Made by a program: the position numbers and the translations under genes. From assembly GCA_964293155.1 (NCBI GenBank), contig CAXYYA010000028.1, positions 1 through 48,569 of the forward strand: 48,569 nucleotides of DNA, written 5' to 3'. Each line of letters begins with the position of its first letter. Position 1 is the stretch's first letter. This DNA comes from an uncultured Bacteroidales bacterium (lineage in GTDB: Bacteria > Bacteroidota > Bacteroidia > Bacteroidales > Dysgonomonadaceae). The notes under the pieces are model-generated. The model was given only the letters and a program-made list of their open reading frames with translations, ran no database searches and was not told where the DNA came from. This document shows, piece by piece, positions 1 to 9,984 of this stretch.

Positions 1-1129
1 TCCCTCCCATAATGCATTTCACCAGTGTTGATTCTCCCTCGCCGTTTTTTCCCACAAAAGCACCTTCCTCACCCCGGTTGATGGTCAGTGTTACGTTTGA
101 GAATACCTGATGATCGCCATATTTTTTGGCTAAATTTTCAGTAACGACCGGATAGGAGCCTGATCGTGGTGCAGGAGGAAACTTTAAATTCAGGCGTGAA
201 TTGTCCACTTCATCCACTTCAATGCGTTCGATTTTTTCGAGTTGTCTGATGCGTGACTGTACCTGGTTGGATTTGGTGGCTTTGTATCGAAATCGTTCGA
301 TGAATGCCTCGGTATCCTGAATTTGTTTCTGCTGATTTTCGTAAGCCCGTTGCTGTTGTTCACGCCTCTCTTTTCTAAGTTCGAGGTATTTGGAGTAATT
401 TACTTTGTAATCGTGGATATTCCCCAACACAATTTCGATAGTGCGGTTGGTTACGTTGTCTAAAAAAGCTTTGTCGTGTGAAACCAGCATCACGGCATTG
501 GTTCGTGAGATAAGGAAGGTCTCTAGCCATTGGATAGATTCAATGTCCAGGTGGTTGGTCGGCTCATCCAGCAGGAGTACGTCGGGTGATTGGAGCAGAA
601 TCTTGGCCAGCTCAATGCGCATCCGCCATCCACCGCTGAATTCTTGCGTCGGGCGGTTAAAGTCGGAACGATTGAATCCTAACCCCAGTAATGTTTTCTC
701 GGTTTCGGCTTCAAAATCATTGATGCCCGACATCAGAAGCAACTCCTGCACGTCGGTGGATCGTTGAATAATATGGTGGTATTCGTCCGATTCATAATCG
801 GTCCGTTCAGCCAATTGCCGGTGAAGCACTTCCAGTTCCTGTTCCAGTTTTTTTAAGTGCTCGAACGCAAGTGCTGCCTCTTCCTTTACCGTTCGTTCAT
901 TGCTGAGCTTCATCTGTTGTGGCAGGTAGCCCACCGTGACTTCTTTCGGGTACGAAATGATGCCGCTTGTAGGCTGTTGTGCTCCCGCCATAAGTTTCAG
1001 TAACGTGGATTTTCCCGCGCCGTTTTTCCCGGCGAGTGCAATTCGTTCGTTCTTGTTGAGAACAAAAGAAATACTGTCGAGTAACGTAAAGCCGCCGAAT
1101 TCAACGGTGAGGTTATCAATGGAAATCAT
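1..1129 (-). CDS. ABC-F family ATPase (tandem ABC domains), partial. The N-terminal ~375 aa lie in the window and the gene continues past coordinate 1.
   Basis: Reverse-complement translation from the ATG at 1129..1127 gives MISIDNLTVEFGGF...ALAGKNGAGKST (Walker A), then the ABC signature FSGGWRMRIELAKIL and Walker B LLLLDEPTNHLD. A second ABC domain starts before the window edge. This strand is not in the ORF track because there is no stop in the window. Confidence 0.85.
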   Translation of the reverse strand, partial: MISIDNLTVEFGGFTLLDSISFVLNKNERIALAGKNGAGKSTLLKLMAGAQQPTSGIISYPKEVTVGYLPQQMKLSNERTVKEEAALAFEHLKKLEQELEVLHRQLAERTDYESDEYHHIIQRSTDVQELLLMSGINDFEAETEKTLLGLGFNRSDFNRPTQEFSGGWRMRIELAKILLQSPDVLLLDEPTNHLDIESIQWLETFLISRTNAVMLVSHDKAFLDNVTNRTIEIVLGNIHDYKVNYSKYLELRKERREQQQRAYENQQKQIQDTEAFIERFRYKATKSNQVQSRIRQLEKIERIEVDEVDNSRLNLKFPPAPRSGSYPVVTENLAKKYGDHQVFSNVTLTINRGEEGAFVGKNGEGESTLVKCIMGG

Positions 1130-1372
1130 CTGATCGAAATTTTGTGCAAAGAAACATCATTATAACCAAACACGGAATTATTTAACTTATATATTTAAGA
1201 AAACAATGTTAAAACATAAATTTAGGCAACTTCATGCAAACGATTGCATCCGATGTGAAGTACAAATAAATCAAAAGATATATATAAATCAATGAAAAAA
1301 ATGTAAATTTGTAAAAAATGGATTTTATTGAGTGAAATGTCTGATTTTTATAACTTCTAATTTTGAACGATT

Positions 1373-4315
1373 ATGACAAAAAGTGAAAAACAAAATTTAT
1401 CACAGCTGCGGAAAGCAATCATAATTTTATTTTTATGCATGTTTTCTTTTGGTATGATGGCTCAGAGTCATACGGTTACCGGTACGGTGAAAGACAACAA
1501 AGGTGAGCCACTTATTGGTGTTACGGTTCAGGTTCAGGGAACTACAACAGGTACGGTTACGGATATTGACGGAAATTTCGCAATTCAAAATGTGAGGCCA
1601 AATGATAATTTGGAGTTTTCGTATGTGGGAATGAAATCGCAAGTTATTCCTGTTCAAGGCAAGACGAATATTCAGGTAACTTTATCGGATGATTCAGAGT
1701 TGCTGGACGAGGTGGTTGTTGTAGGTTATGGTACGCAAACAAGAAGGGAGATTACCGGATCGGTGGCGAATGTAACCGAAAAAGACTTTAATCAGGGTGT
1801 TACCCGTAATGCAGCTGATTTACTGCAAGGTAAAGTTGCAGGGTTGTCCATTACTTCTGCCAGTGGTGACCTAAACGATAACCCGATTATCAGACTCCGT
1901 GGTGTGAATACGTTACAGCGGGACAACGGCCCGTTCATCGTTATTGACGGAGTTCCCGGAGGAGACTTGTCTTCTGTGGCGCCTCAGGACATCGAATCAA
2001 TATCGGTATTGAAAGATGCATCTTCTGCAGCTATTTATGGATCGAGATCGGCCGGAGGTGTTATTCTCATCACCACAAAACGCGGATCGGGAAGCACACA
2101 ACGAATTTCGTACGATGGTTACCTGGCATTCTCGAATGCGGCGAACAAACCCGATATGTTGTCGGCGCAGGATTGGCGTGATTATGTGAACAAGAATAAT
2201 TTGCAAGAGCAAGCTAAAGCTTTTGACAGGTATAATGCCGATACCGATTGGTTCGGCGAAATTATGCGGACGGGAATTTCACACAACCACTCCTTATCGC
2301 TTTCAGGCGGCGGATCGGCTCACAATTACAGGGCTTCCGTAAACTACCGGAATATGGAAGGAATTATGAAAGACAATAGTTTCGAAAACATAAACTTCCG
2401 TTTCCAATTCAGTCAAAGGGCGATAAATAATAAATTGAGAGTAGGGTTAACAGGAGTTGCCAATATCCGGAACATATCTCCCAGTAATAAAACCAATACG
2501 ATGCTGGCATCCAATTTCCTGCCCGTTTATCCGGTTTATAATCCCGACGGTAGTTGGTTTGATTTAACGGAATGGAACCAAGGCAACCCATTGCGACAGA
2601 TCGCTGAAAATTACAGAGATATCAAAAATGTGGATTTCTATGGAAACGGCGATGTCGAGTTTAATTTTACGGAAGATTTGATTGGTAAATTAACGCTTTA
2701 CAAACAGCGCATGGGATTCGATTATGCGCAGTACGACAGTAGTGAGACCTATTCGGGAAGAGACCCGAAAGGATTTGCCAACCGCTCGGCTTTCACCAGA
2801 AATAAAGATTTGTTGGAATCAACATTAACCTACAATACCAGGTTGGGAGATGCTCACAAAATAACTCTTCTCGGAGGTTACTCGTGGGAGCAAAACGATT
2901 TTCAACGGGTTTATGCACAAAACAGGTTCTTTATTACCAATTTATTGGGAGCAAATGACTTGCAGTCGGGGCAAAATCTTTTGCCCGAAGATGTTGGATC
3001 GGAAAAGAACATGTTCCGTCTTATATCATTCTTCACCAGAGCTAATTATGCGTTTAAAGAACGCTACATGTTAACGGCTACATTGCGCTATGACGGATCT
3101 TCAAAATTCGGGCCGAATAACAAATGGGGTACTTTCCCATCAATTTCGGCTGCATGGGGAATTTCACAGGAAGAATTCATGAAAGACGTAAACTGGCTGG
3201 ATGATCTTAAATTGCGTGTTGGTTATGGAGTTACAGGCAACCAGGACGGACTTGATCCGTACAGAACGCTGGAACTTTATGGCCGGTACGGTTCGTATTA
3301 CGATTCGGGAAATTGGTACACCGCTTACAGAATTTCGCAGAATGCCAACCCCGACCTTAAATGGGAACAAACATCTTCCTTCAACATTGGTTTGGACTTT
3401 GTTCTGCTAAAAAACAGGTTGAGCGGAACGGTGGAGTGGTACAAAAAGAATACTTCGGACATGTTGTATGAATACACGGTACCAACGCCTCCTTTTTTGC
3501 ATGACAGAATTATGGCGAATGTTGGCGATATGTTGAACACAGGTATCGAGTTCGCTCTCACGGCCGGAATCATACAAACCAAGGACTTCGGCTGGACTAC
3601 ATCGTTCAACGGCGCATTCAACAGAAACAAAGTTACGAAACTTTCAAACGATTTATATTCAACCAATAGATTGTATGTGGGAGACGTTGGCGGAATTCGC
3701 GGTATGTCGGCCACCACTTCAACAATCATCGAAGAAGGTTACCCTGTAGGTCAGTTTTACATGTTGAAATGTGATGGAATTGATTCCAACGGAAAGTATA
3801 TCATAGAAGATATTGATAAAGATGGCACCATTTCCGATGCCGATCGTACGTATGTTGGAAATCCTCAACCCGATTTTGTTTTCGGTTGGCAAAACACGTT
3901 GAACTATAAGAATTGGGATTTATCGTTCTTTTTCAGAGGAACTTATGGGAATGATGTGTTGAATATCGGAAAAATAGCATACTCCAATTTGCAAAGTTTA
4001 ATCGGTGCAAATGTAAGAAAAGAAGCTATCGCAATAGGATTAAATCAAGCTCCCCAACTCTGCAGCTATTATGTTGAAGATGGTTCCCACATAAGGTTAG
4101 ACAACGCAACATTGGGATACACTTTCAATACTTCCAAACTGGGATGGCTCAATTCGGCAAGATTATACCTAACGGGTCAGAATTTGTTTGTTCTCACAAA
4201 ATACACAGGGCTTGATCCCGAAGTTCGTATGGATGGTGTCGACCCAGGGAAAGAGGAAAGGGAATTTTATCCGAAAGCAAGGACATTTACATTCGGAGTA
4301 AGCTTAAATTTCTAA
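1373..4315 (+). CDS. SusC/RagA-family TonB-dependent outer membrane receptor
   Basis: 980-aa protein with a signal peptide, a carboxypeptidase-regulatory-like N-domain, a TonB plug region (VVVVGYGTQTRREITGSV, DIESISVLKDASSAAIYGSRSAGGVILITTK) and a C-terminal aromatic end (SLNF). A SusD-like gene follows immediately. Confidence 0.9.
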   Translation: MTKSEKQNLSQLRKAIIILFLCMFSFGMMAQSHTVTGTVKDNKGEPLIGVTVQVQGTTTGTVTDIDGNFAIQNVRPNDNLEFSYVGMKSQVIPVQGKTNIQVTLSDDSELLDEVVVVGYGTQTRREITGSVANVTEKDFNQGVTRNAADLLQGKVAGLSITSASGDLNDNPIIRLRGVNTLQRDNGPFIVIDGVPGGDLSSVAPQDIESISVLKDASSAAIYGSRSAGGVILITTKRGSGSTQRISYDGYLAFSNAANKPDMLSAQDWRDYVNKNNLQEQAKAFDRYNADTDWFGEIMRTGISHNHSLSLSGGGSAHNYRASVNYRNMEGIMKDNSFENINFRFQFSQRAINNKLRVGLTGVANIRNISPSNKTNTMLASNFLPVYPVYNPDGSWFDLTEWNQGNPLRQIAENYRDIKNVDFYGNGDVEFNFTEDLIGKLTLYKQRMGFDYAQYDSSETYSGRDPKGFANRSAFTRNKDLLESTLTYNTRLGDAHKITLLGGYSWEQNDFQRVYAQNRFFITNLLGANDLQSGQNLLPEDVGSEKNMFRLISFFTRANYAFKERYMLTATLRYDGSSKFGPNNKWGTFPSISAAWGISQEEFMKDVNWLDDLKLRVGYGVTGNQDGLDPYRTLELYGRYGSYYDSGNWYTAYRISQNANPDLKWEQTSSFNIGLDFVLLKNRLSGTVEWYKKNTSDMLYEYTVPTPPFLHDRIMANVGDMLNTGIEFALTAGIIQTKDFGWTTSFNGAFNRNKVTKLSNDLYSTNRLYVGDVGGIRGMSATTSTIIEEGYPVGQFYMLKCDGIDSNGKYIIEDIDKDGTISDADRTYVGNPQPDFVFGWQNTLNYKNWDLSFFFRGTYGNDVLNIGKIAYSNLQSLIGANVRKEAIAIGLNQAPQLCSYYVEDGSHIRLDNATLGYTFNTSKLGWLNSARLYLTGQNLFVLTKYTGLDPEVRMDGVDPGKEEREFYPKARTFTFGVSLNF

Positions 4316-4334
4316 CATTTTAATAATTACGATT

Positions 4335-5906
4335 ATGAAAAGAAAGTTTATATATATAATTAATATAGCAATTGCAGCACTGCTTTTTTCATGTACGAAT
4401 CTTAACGAAGATGTATATGATAAAATACCCGCAGACGAATTCGGAAACACTCAGGCTCAGATAAACTCCATTATTGCACCTATTTACAGGACACTGACAG
4501 GTCTGTGGCCCGGTGATGGTTTTGTTATTGCGGAAGAAGTTGGAGATATGGCCATTACACCGACAAGAACCGGTGGTGACTGGTGGGACGGCGGTATTCA
4601 CATGGAACTCGGACGTCACGTTTGGCAACCCCGAAACGGCGCGATTAACGGTTTGTGGAATACGGCAAGTAACGGCACGTCAACCTGTAATAAAATTATG
4701 GCCATTATTGAGGCAAACAAGTCGCTCGATGAAACTCAAAAACAGGCTGTGTATGCCGAGATCAGGGGCGTAAGGGCATTTTGGTATTATATTTTTCTGG
4801 ATTACTTTGGAAATGTACCTTTAGTAACGAGTTTCAATGATCAGGAGTTGCCTGCAACCAAGACCAGAAAAGAAGTATATGATTTTGTTGTAAGTGAGTT
4901 GAACGCGATAAAAGACCTGCTTCCCGCCGATGTTTCAGCCAAAACATACGGAAAGTTTACCAAAGGAGCCGCATATTTTCTGTTGGCGAAAATGTACCTC
5001 AATGCCGAGATATTTACCGGAACATTAACAGCTAACTCCTTTACAAAAGGAGCAGCCGAATGGCAAAAAACCATTGATGCCTGCGATGCGGTTTTGGACT
5101 TGCCTTATATCCTTGAACCAACATGGACACTGAATTTTGCCGTGAATAACGAAGCATCGAAAGAGATAATCTTCCCGTGTGTATTCACAAAGAAAGAATG
5201 GGGTAATTACATCCTTCACCGCACGTTGCATTACAAAGATCCCATCGCGTTGGGCATAAGTATCAGTCCTTGGAACGGTATTAGTGCAGTGCCGGATTAT
5301 GTAAACAGTTTCGATAACGCTGATAAGCGAAAAGCATGGTCGTTCCTTACCGGACCTATGATTGATCCGGCTACGGGTACCGTTTTATATACGCAGCACG
5401 GCAGGCCGTTGATTCACACCGTGGATATTCCCATGATCGCCGGAACAACGAGTAAATATGATGGTGTTTGGGGAGAAGTGGAACAAGAAGTCGGTGCAAG
5501 ATGTTTCAAATGGGCTATCGAACCCGGTATGTCGGCAACGTCTGAAAACGATTTTGCATTTTTCCGTTTAGCAGATGTTTATCTGATGAAAGCGGAAGCA
5601 TTGGCCAGACTGGGAAGAACAGCCGAAGCTTTGCCATTGGTTAACGCGGTAAGAACGCGTGCTTTTGATGATAAAACAAAATTATTGACTGCCGTAACGC
5701 TGAATGATATTTATAAAGAACGTCGTTTTGAGTTGGCGTGGGAGTGCTATACGCGTCAGGATATGATCCGTTTTGGAACGTTCACCGCTCCGCATTTTTT
5801 GAAACCGGAAGTAACGCCAATTTATCGCATCTTGTTACCGATACCTGTTCAGGCATTGGAGGCGAATAATAAACTGACACAGAATCCGGGATATCCTGGT
5901 TTATGA
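4335..5906 (+). CDS. SusD/RagB-family nutrient-binding outer membrane lipoprotein
   Basis: 523 aa with a lipoprotein signal (LLFSCTN). It sits 19 bp after the SusC-like gene. TPR-like helical content and length are typical of SusD partners. Confidence 0.85.
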   Translation: MKRKFIYIINIAIAALLFSCTNLNEDVYDKIPADEFGNTQAQINSIIAPIYRTLTGLWPGDGFVIAEEVGDMAITPTRTGGDWWDGGIHMELGRHVWQPRNGAINGLWNTASNGTSTCNKIMAIIEANKSLDETQKQAVYAEIRGVRAFWYYIFLDYFGNVPLVTSFNDQELPATKTRKEVYDFVVSELNAIKDLLPADVSAKTYGKFTKGAAYFLLAKMYLNAEIFTGTLTANSFTKGAAEWQKTIDACDAVLDLPYILEPTWTLNFAVNNEASKEIIFPCVFTKKEWGNYILHRTLHYKDPIALGISISPWNGISAVPDYVNSFDNADKRKAWSFLTGPMIDPATGTVLYTQHGRPLIHTVDIPMIAGTTSKYDGVWGEVEQEVGARCFKWAIEPGMSATSENDFAFFRLADVYLMKAEALARLGRTAEALPLVNAVRTRAFDDKTKLLTAVTLNDIYKERRFELAWECYTRQDMIRFGTFTAPHFLKPEVTPIYRILLPIPVQALEANNKLTQNPGYPGL

Positions 5907-5926
5907 TCATTCACTAAATATAATAG

Positions 5927-5958
5927 AAAATGCTCAGGTTTTTCCTGAGCATTTTTTA
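5927..5958. terminator. Intrinsic terminator hairpin after the SusD-like gene, plausibly bidirectional
   Basis: AATGCTCAGG-TTTTT-CCTGAGCATT stem-loop followed by TTTTTT. Confidence 0.6.
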
Positions 5959-5974
5959 TCATTTGCCTTAGAAC

Positions 5975-6008
5975 AAGCGAGTTCCGACTCGCTTGATTTT
6001 TTTATTTT
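5975..6008. terminator. Second hairpin, AAGCGAGTTCCGACTCGCTT, followed by GATTTTTTTATTTT. It is a copy of a hairpin repeat also found upstream of hisS.
   Basis: Perfect 7-bp stem plus T-run on the plus strand. A near-identical hairpin lies at 7432-7451. Confidence 0.45.
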
Positions 6009-6012
6009 AAAG

Positions 6013-7374
6013 CTATTTGGAAATCGCTTTACCCAATTCTTCACCCGAAACCAATTTCTGTTCTCCCGATTTCATATCCTTCAACGTAATTTTACCTTCC
6101 TTCATTTCGTTTTCTCCCATTAACGCGACAAAAGGGATATTGTTGCTGTCGGCATACGACAGTTGTTTCTTCATTTTGGCGGCTTCGGGATAAATTTCGG
6201 CACAAATTCCTTTGTTTCGCAATTGGGCGAGGAGAGGCAAGATATAAGATTCTTCCTTATCGCCGAAATTCACAAAAAGCACATCGGTGGCGTGTGTAGA
6301 GTTTTCGGGGAAAAGGTTGAGTTGGTTGAGCACATCGTAAATGCGGTCGGCACCGAAGGAGATGCCGACACCCGATACGCCCGGCAGTCCGAAAATGCCC
6401 GTCAGGTTATCGTAACGGCCGCCGCCGGTGATGCTACCGATCTCTGCGTCAAGCGCTTTTACTTCGATAATAGCGCCGGTATAATAGTTGAGTCCGCGGG
6501 CAAGGGTAAGGTCGAGTTCAAGTTCGCAACCGATGCTTAATAAACCGGTTTTGTTGAGAATAAATTCCAGCTCCTCCACACCTTTCAATCCGGTTTGGGA
6601 GACCGAAAGCACGCTTTTCAGCGTTGCAAGTTTGTCGTTGTTCGTGCCTTCGAGCAATATGATAGGCTGCAATTGTTGAATAGCGGCTTCGGAGATTCCT
6701 TTTTCCCGAAGTTCTTCGTTCACCTTTTCCAACCCGATTTTATCCAATTTATCGATAGCCACCGTGATGTCGGTAATTTTATCGGCTTCGCCGATGATTT
6801 CGGCAATTCCCGAAAGTATTTTTCGGTTGTTGAGTTTTACGGATACACGGATATTTAATCTGCGAAAAACTTCATCAATGATCTGGATCAGTTCCACTTC
6901 GTTGAGCAGCGAATCAGAACCCACCACATCGGCGTCGCATTGAAAAAATTCGCGATAACGACCCTTTTGCGGACGGTCGGCACGCCACACGGGCTGAATC
7001 TGAAACCGCTTGAATGGAAACGAAATTTCGTTGCGGTGCATTACCACGTAGCGGGCAAACGGTACGGTAAGGTCGTATCGCAATCCTTTTTCCGAAATTT
7101 TGTTGGCGGTTTTAGCCGAGTTTCCTTCGGTAACGTCATCGGCGTGCATACTCGACAGGAAATCGCCCGAGTTCAATATCTTAAACAGCAGTTTATCGCC
7201 TTCTTCGCCGTATTTTCCCATCAATGTGGAAAGGTTTTCCATGGCGGGCGTTTCGATCTGGCGGAAGCCATATAGGCGGTACACTTCTTTAATGGTGTCG
7301 AAAATATAGTTGCGTTTCGCCATCTCTTCGGGCGAAAAATCGCGCGTTCCTTTGGGTATGGACGGTTTTTGCAT
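6013..7374 (-). CDS. hisS: Histidine--tRNA ligase
   Basis: 453 aa. The N-terminus [18 protein letters not shown] is the class-II HisRS motif-1 region. Length and the anticodon-binding C-domain are consistent. Confidence 0.95.
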   Translation of the reverse strand: MQKPSIPKGTRDFSPEEMAKRNYIFDTIKEVYRLYGFRQIETPAMENLSTLMGKYGEEGDKLLFKILNSGDFLSSMHADDVTEGNSAKTANKISEKGLRYDLTVPFARYVVMHRNEISFPFKRFQIQPVWRADRPQKGRYREFFQCDADVVGSDSLLNEVELIQIIDEVFRRLNIRVSVKLNNRKILSGIAEIIGEADKITDITVAIDKLDKIGLEKVNEELREKGISEAAIQQLQPIILLEGTNNDKLATLKSVLSVSQTGLKGVEELEFILNKTGLLSIGCELELDLTLARGLNYYTGAIIEVKALDAEIGSITGGGRYDNLTGIFGLPGVSGVGISFGADRIYDVLNQLNLFPENSTHATDVLFVNFGDKEESYILPLLAQLRNKGICAEIYPEAAKMKKQLSYADSNNIPFVALMGENEMKEGKITLKDMKSGEQKLVSGEELGKAISK

Positions 7375-7431
7375 CGTTGTTTGTGTTTTGATTCAGGATG
7401 CAAAGATAGTGATTTTTGGGTTACGGGGGTG

Positions 7432-7451
7432 AAGCGAGTTCCAACTCGCTT
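7432..7451. repeat. Palindromic hairpin AAGCGAGTTCCAACTCGCTT, the second copy of the hisS-flanking repeat
   Basis: 19/20 identical to 5975-5994, in the same orientation. Confidence 0.4.
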
Positions 7452-7639
7452 TAAAAATTCAAACGAATCGGAATTCGTTTTCAATCAGAAATCGTTTAAA
7501 AGTGACTTTAGGGTTTTGACTATTAAGTAGAGCTACAACAATAGCCTTGTGAAGTTTTCAAAATTTCTCCCCATTGTCGTAACTTTTTATTCATCATTCT
7601 TGTTATAAGTATTATTAAAATATCCGTAAAAAGAACATT

Positions 7640-9310
7640 ATGACTATTCTTCCCGAAAAAATAGAAAATTATTCCGGCATCATCGCTTTTATGCTTAAGT
7701 ATCGTAACAGCCACGTTTTTAACACCGTTGTGGATAATGCCGCGGACTTAGACGATGACGAAAAAACCGAAAGCGATGATTCAGGAATAACTCCGCAGGA
7801 TTTTGCAAACGATCTTAAACAGATGGGCCCCGTGTATGTGAAGTTGGGACAACTCTTATCCACACGTCCCGATTTATTACCCGAAGAATATTTGGATGAA
7901 CTGGCAAATTTGCAGGACGATGTAGAACCCATTGGATATGGGAAGATTGAGCGGTTGATAGAAGAGGAATTGGGTGTAAGAATTTCCAAAGCTTTCAAGA
8001 CATTTGATCCGGCACCCTTAGCCAGCGCTTCCATCGGCCAGGTACACAGGGCGGAATTGCCATCGGGCAAAAAAGTGGCCGTTAAGGTGCAGCGTCCCGG
8101 TATCCGGAAACAGTTTACGGAAGAACTGGAAACCTTAAAAAACATGGTGGACATGGCCGTAAAATACACGAAAACAGCCGATAAATACGCGCTGGACGAT
8201 GTTCTGGATGAACTCAGCCACATGTTAATGAACGAGCTGGACTATAAAATGGAGGCTCAAAGTCTGGTTATTTTGGGACAAAATCTCAAAGAATACAAGC
8301 GTCTTATCGTTCCTCAGCCGGTGATGGATTATTGCACTCCAAAAATCTTAACGATGGATTATGTGGAAGGTAAGAAAGTTACAAAAGTATCGCCATTTAC
8401 CAAAACGGAAGTGGATTTCACTCCATTGATCGATGAGTTAGTTAAGTCCTATCTTCAACAAGTGGTTATTGACGGTTTTGCACACGCCGATCCGCATCCG
8501 GGTAATGTACATTTTACTCCTGACAATAAAATAGCGCTGATAGATTTGGGCATGGTAGCCAAATTTAGCAATACGTTGAAAGATCAAATGTTGCGTTTGC
8601 TCCTTGCCATGAGTGAAATGTCGGGCGATAAGATCGTGGATATTTTACTGGGAATGAGCACGTATGACGAGACTGCAATGATAAAAGATTTCAGGAAAGA
8701 TGTTAACAGATTAGTTCTGGATAATCAAATCAGTATCGCTAAAGATTTAAAAACAGGCCGACTGATTATTCAAATGAATCGGATGGCTGCCGAGCGAAAC
8801 ATAAAAATAGCCGTAGAACTAAATCTGCTCGGCAAAATATTGTTGAATATTGATCAGATTATTGCAACATTAACTCCCGATTATGATTTTCAGAAAGCTA
8901 TAAACGAAAATGCCGAACGGTTGATGACGCAGAAAATGACGCAGGAATTGAAACCTGAAAACATGTTTAAAATGCTGTTGGAAACCAAAAAATTGGGCGA
9001 AAATTTACCGGAACGTTTAAACAAAATTTCTCAACGTTTAGCGGACAACGAGTTTGAAATTAAAGTGAATGCGATTGACGAAAAACGTTTTACCGATGGT
9101 TTTCAGAAAGTGGCTAACCGAATTACTGTGGGGTTAATAATTGCGGCACTTATTCTTGCCGCTTCTATGCTCATGCGTATGCCCACAAGTTTTACCATTC
9201 TCGGATATCCCGGGTTACCCCTTATTTTCTTTTTAATTGCATCCGGAGCAGGGATTATGTTGGTTTATAATATCATATCGAAAGACGAATATTTCCGAAA
9301 AAGAAAATAG
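7640..9310 (+). CDS. ABC1/AarF/UbiB-family atypical protein kinase with a C-terminal membrane anchor
   Basis: 556 aa. The ABC1 kinase-like core (GQVHRAEL, VAVKVQRPG, HADPHPGNV, IDLGMVA) is followed by two C-terminal TM helices. Confidence 0.85.
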   Translation: MTILPEKIENYSGIIAFMLKYRNSHVFNTVVDNAADLDDDEKTESDDSGITPQDFANDLKQMGPVYVKLGQLLSTRPDLLPEEYLDELANLQDDVEPIGYGKIERLIEEELGVRISKAFKTFDPAPLASASIGQVHRAELPSGKKVAVKVQRPGIRKQFTEELETLKNMVDMAVKYTKTADKYALDDVLDELSHMLMNELDYKMEAQSLVILGQNLKEYKRLIVPQPVMDYCTPKILTMDYVEGKKVTKVSPFTKTEVDFTPLIDELVKSYLQQVVIDGFAHADPHPGNVHFTPDNKIALIDLGMVAKFSNTLKDQMLRLLLAMSEMSGDKIVDILLGMSTYDETAMIKDFRKDVNRLVLDNQISIAKDLKTGRLIIQMNRMAAERNIKIAVELNLLGKILLNIDQIIATLTPDYDFQKAINENAERLMTQKMTQELKPENMFKMLLETKKLGENLPERLNKISQRLADNEFEIKVNAIDEKRFTDGFQKVANRITVGLIIAALILAASMLMRMPTSFTILGYPGLPLIFFLIASGAGIMLVYNIISKDEYFRKRK

Positions 9311-9490
9311 CGGGAACATCATTTTAAAATTAACGTGAGTTCAATACAAGAAAAGGCTCTTAATTGATTTATAATAAGGTAATAAGGTCTTTGTTCTATT
9401 TTAATTTAACTCTACTAAGGTTGCTTTTAAAAAATAAGGTTTCCAATACGCTTTGAACCCTGCCTACCGCAGGCAAGCTTATTTACAAAT

Positions 9491-9839
9491 ATGATTATCC
9501 GCATAATGTCCTACATCAATTGCCACGTCCCTTTACAGGCTGTGTAAAAAACATCGCAACAGTATCAATTTGTCATTCCGACGATAGGAGGAATCTTATT
9601 TGTCATAAATTATAGACTCTTCACTCCGCAAAGCTGCGTTCAGAGTGACAAAAAGACACCTAATTTTCATTTTTACACAGCCTCTTTAGGGCGTGGTTTT
9701 TGAGATACAGAGCAGATAGGCTTTAGCCGAAATTTATACTATTATTGGGCTGAAGCCCGTAATTCTTAGACATTATTATCCCACGACTTAAAAATCGTGG
9801 CAATAGATAAAGCCGTTAGGACACTTTGCGGATAATCAT
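9491..9839. mobile_element. MITE-like element of the outer family (TIR ATGATTATCCGC / GCGGATAATCAT) carrying a nested 148-bp insertion
   Basis: Terminal inverted repeats and subterminal hairpins (CCACGTCCC...GGGCGTGG, CCACGACTTAAAAATCGTGG). With the 9536-9683 insertion removed, it is near-identical in reverse complement to 46226-46420. Confidence 0.7.
9536..9683. mobile_element. Nested 148-bp MITE-like element of the inner family (TIR CAGGCTGTGTAAAAA...TTTTTACACAGCCT) with a 5-bp CTTTA target-site duplication
   Basis: Flanked by CTTTA at 9531-9535 and 9684-9688. The uninterrupted homologous site at 46226-46420 reads CCTTTAGGGCG. A second copy lies at 23143-23291. Confidence 0.65.
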
Positions 9840-9984
9840 TTTTACGAATAATATAACCTTAATAGGAATCAACGCAAGCAAAGTTTCAGCCTTATTAGCT
9901 TATTTACTGATTCTTATGAAATGAGTTGTGTCAAACTCACGTTAATTATTTCTTTCGCATTTTACACGGATTAGAACCGATAAT

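Noticed and set aside
441-1133. Plus-strand ORFs (441-767, 936-1133) from the six-frame track
   Set aside because: They lie antisense to a clear ABC-F ATPase reading frame (Walker A, signature and Walker B all read on the minus strand) and are frame-shadow artefacts.
1304-1365. Bacteroidetes-type -7 boxes (TAAATTTG at 1304, TAATTTTG at 1358) upstream of the SusC-like gene
   Set aside because: Both match TAnnTTTG, but neither has a convincing -33 TTTG partner at the right spacing. The second is only 8 nt from the start codon, so no promoter call was made.
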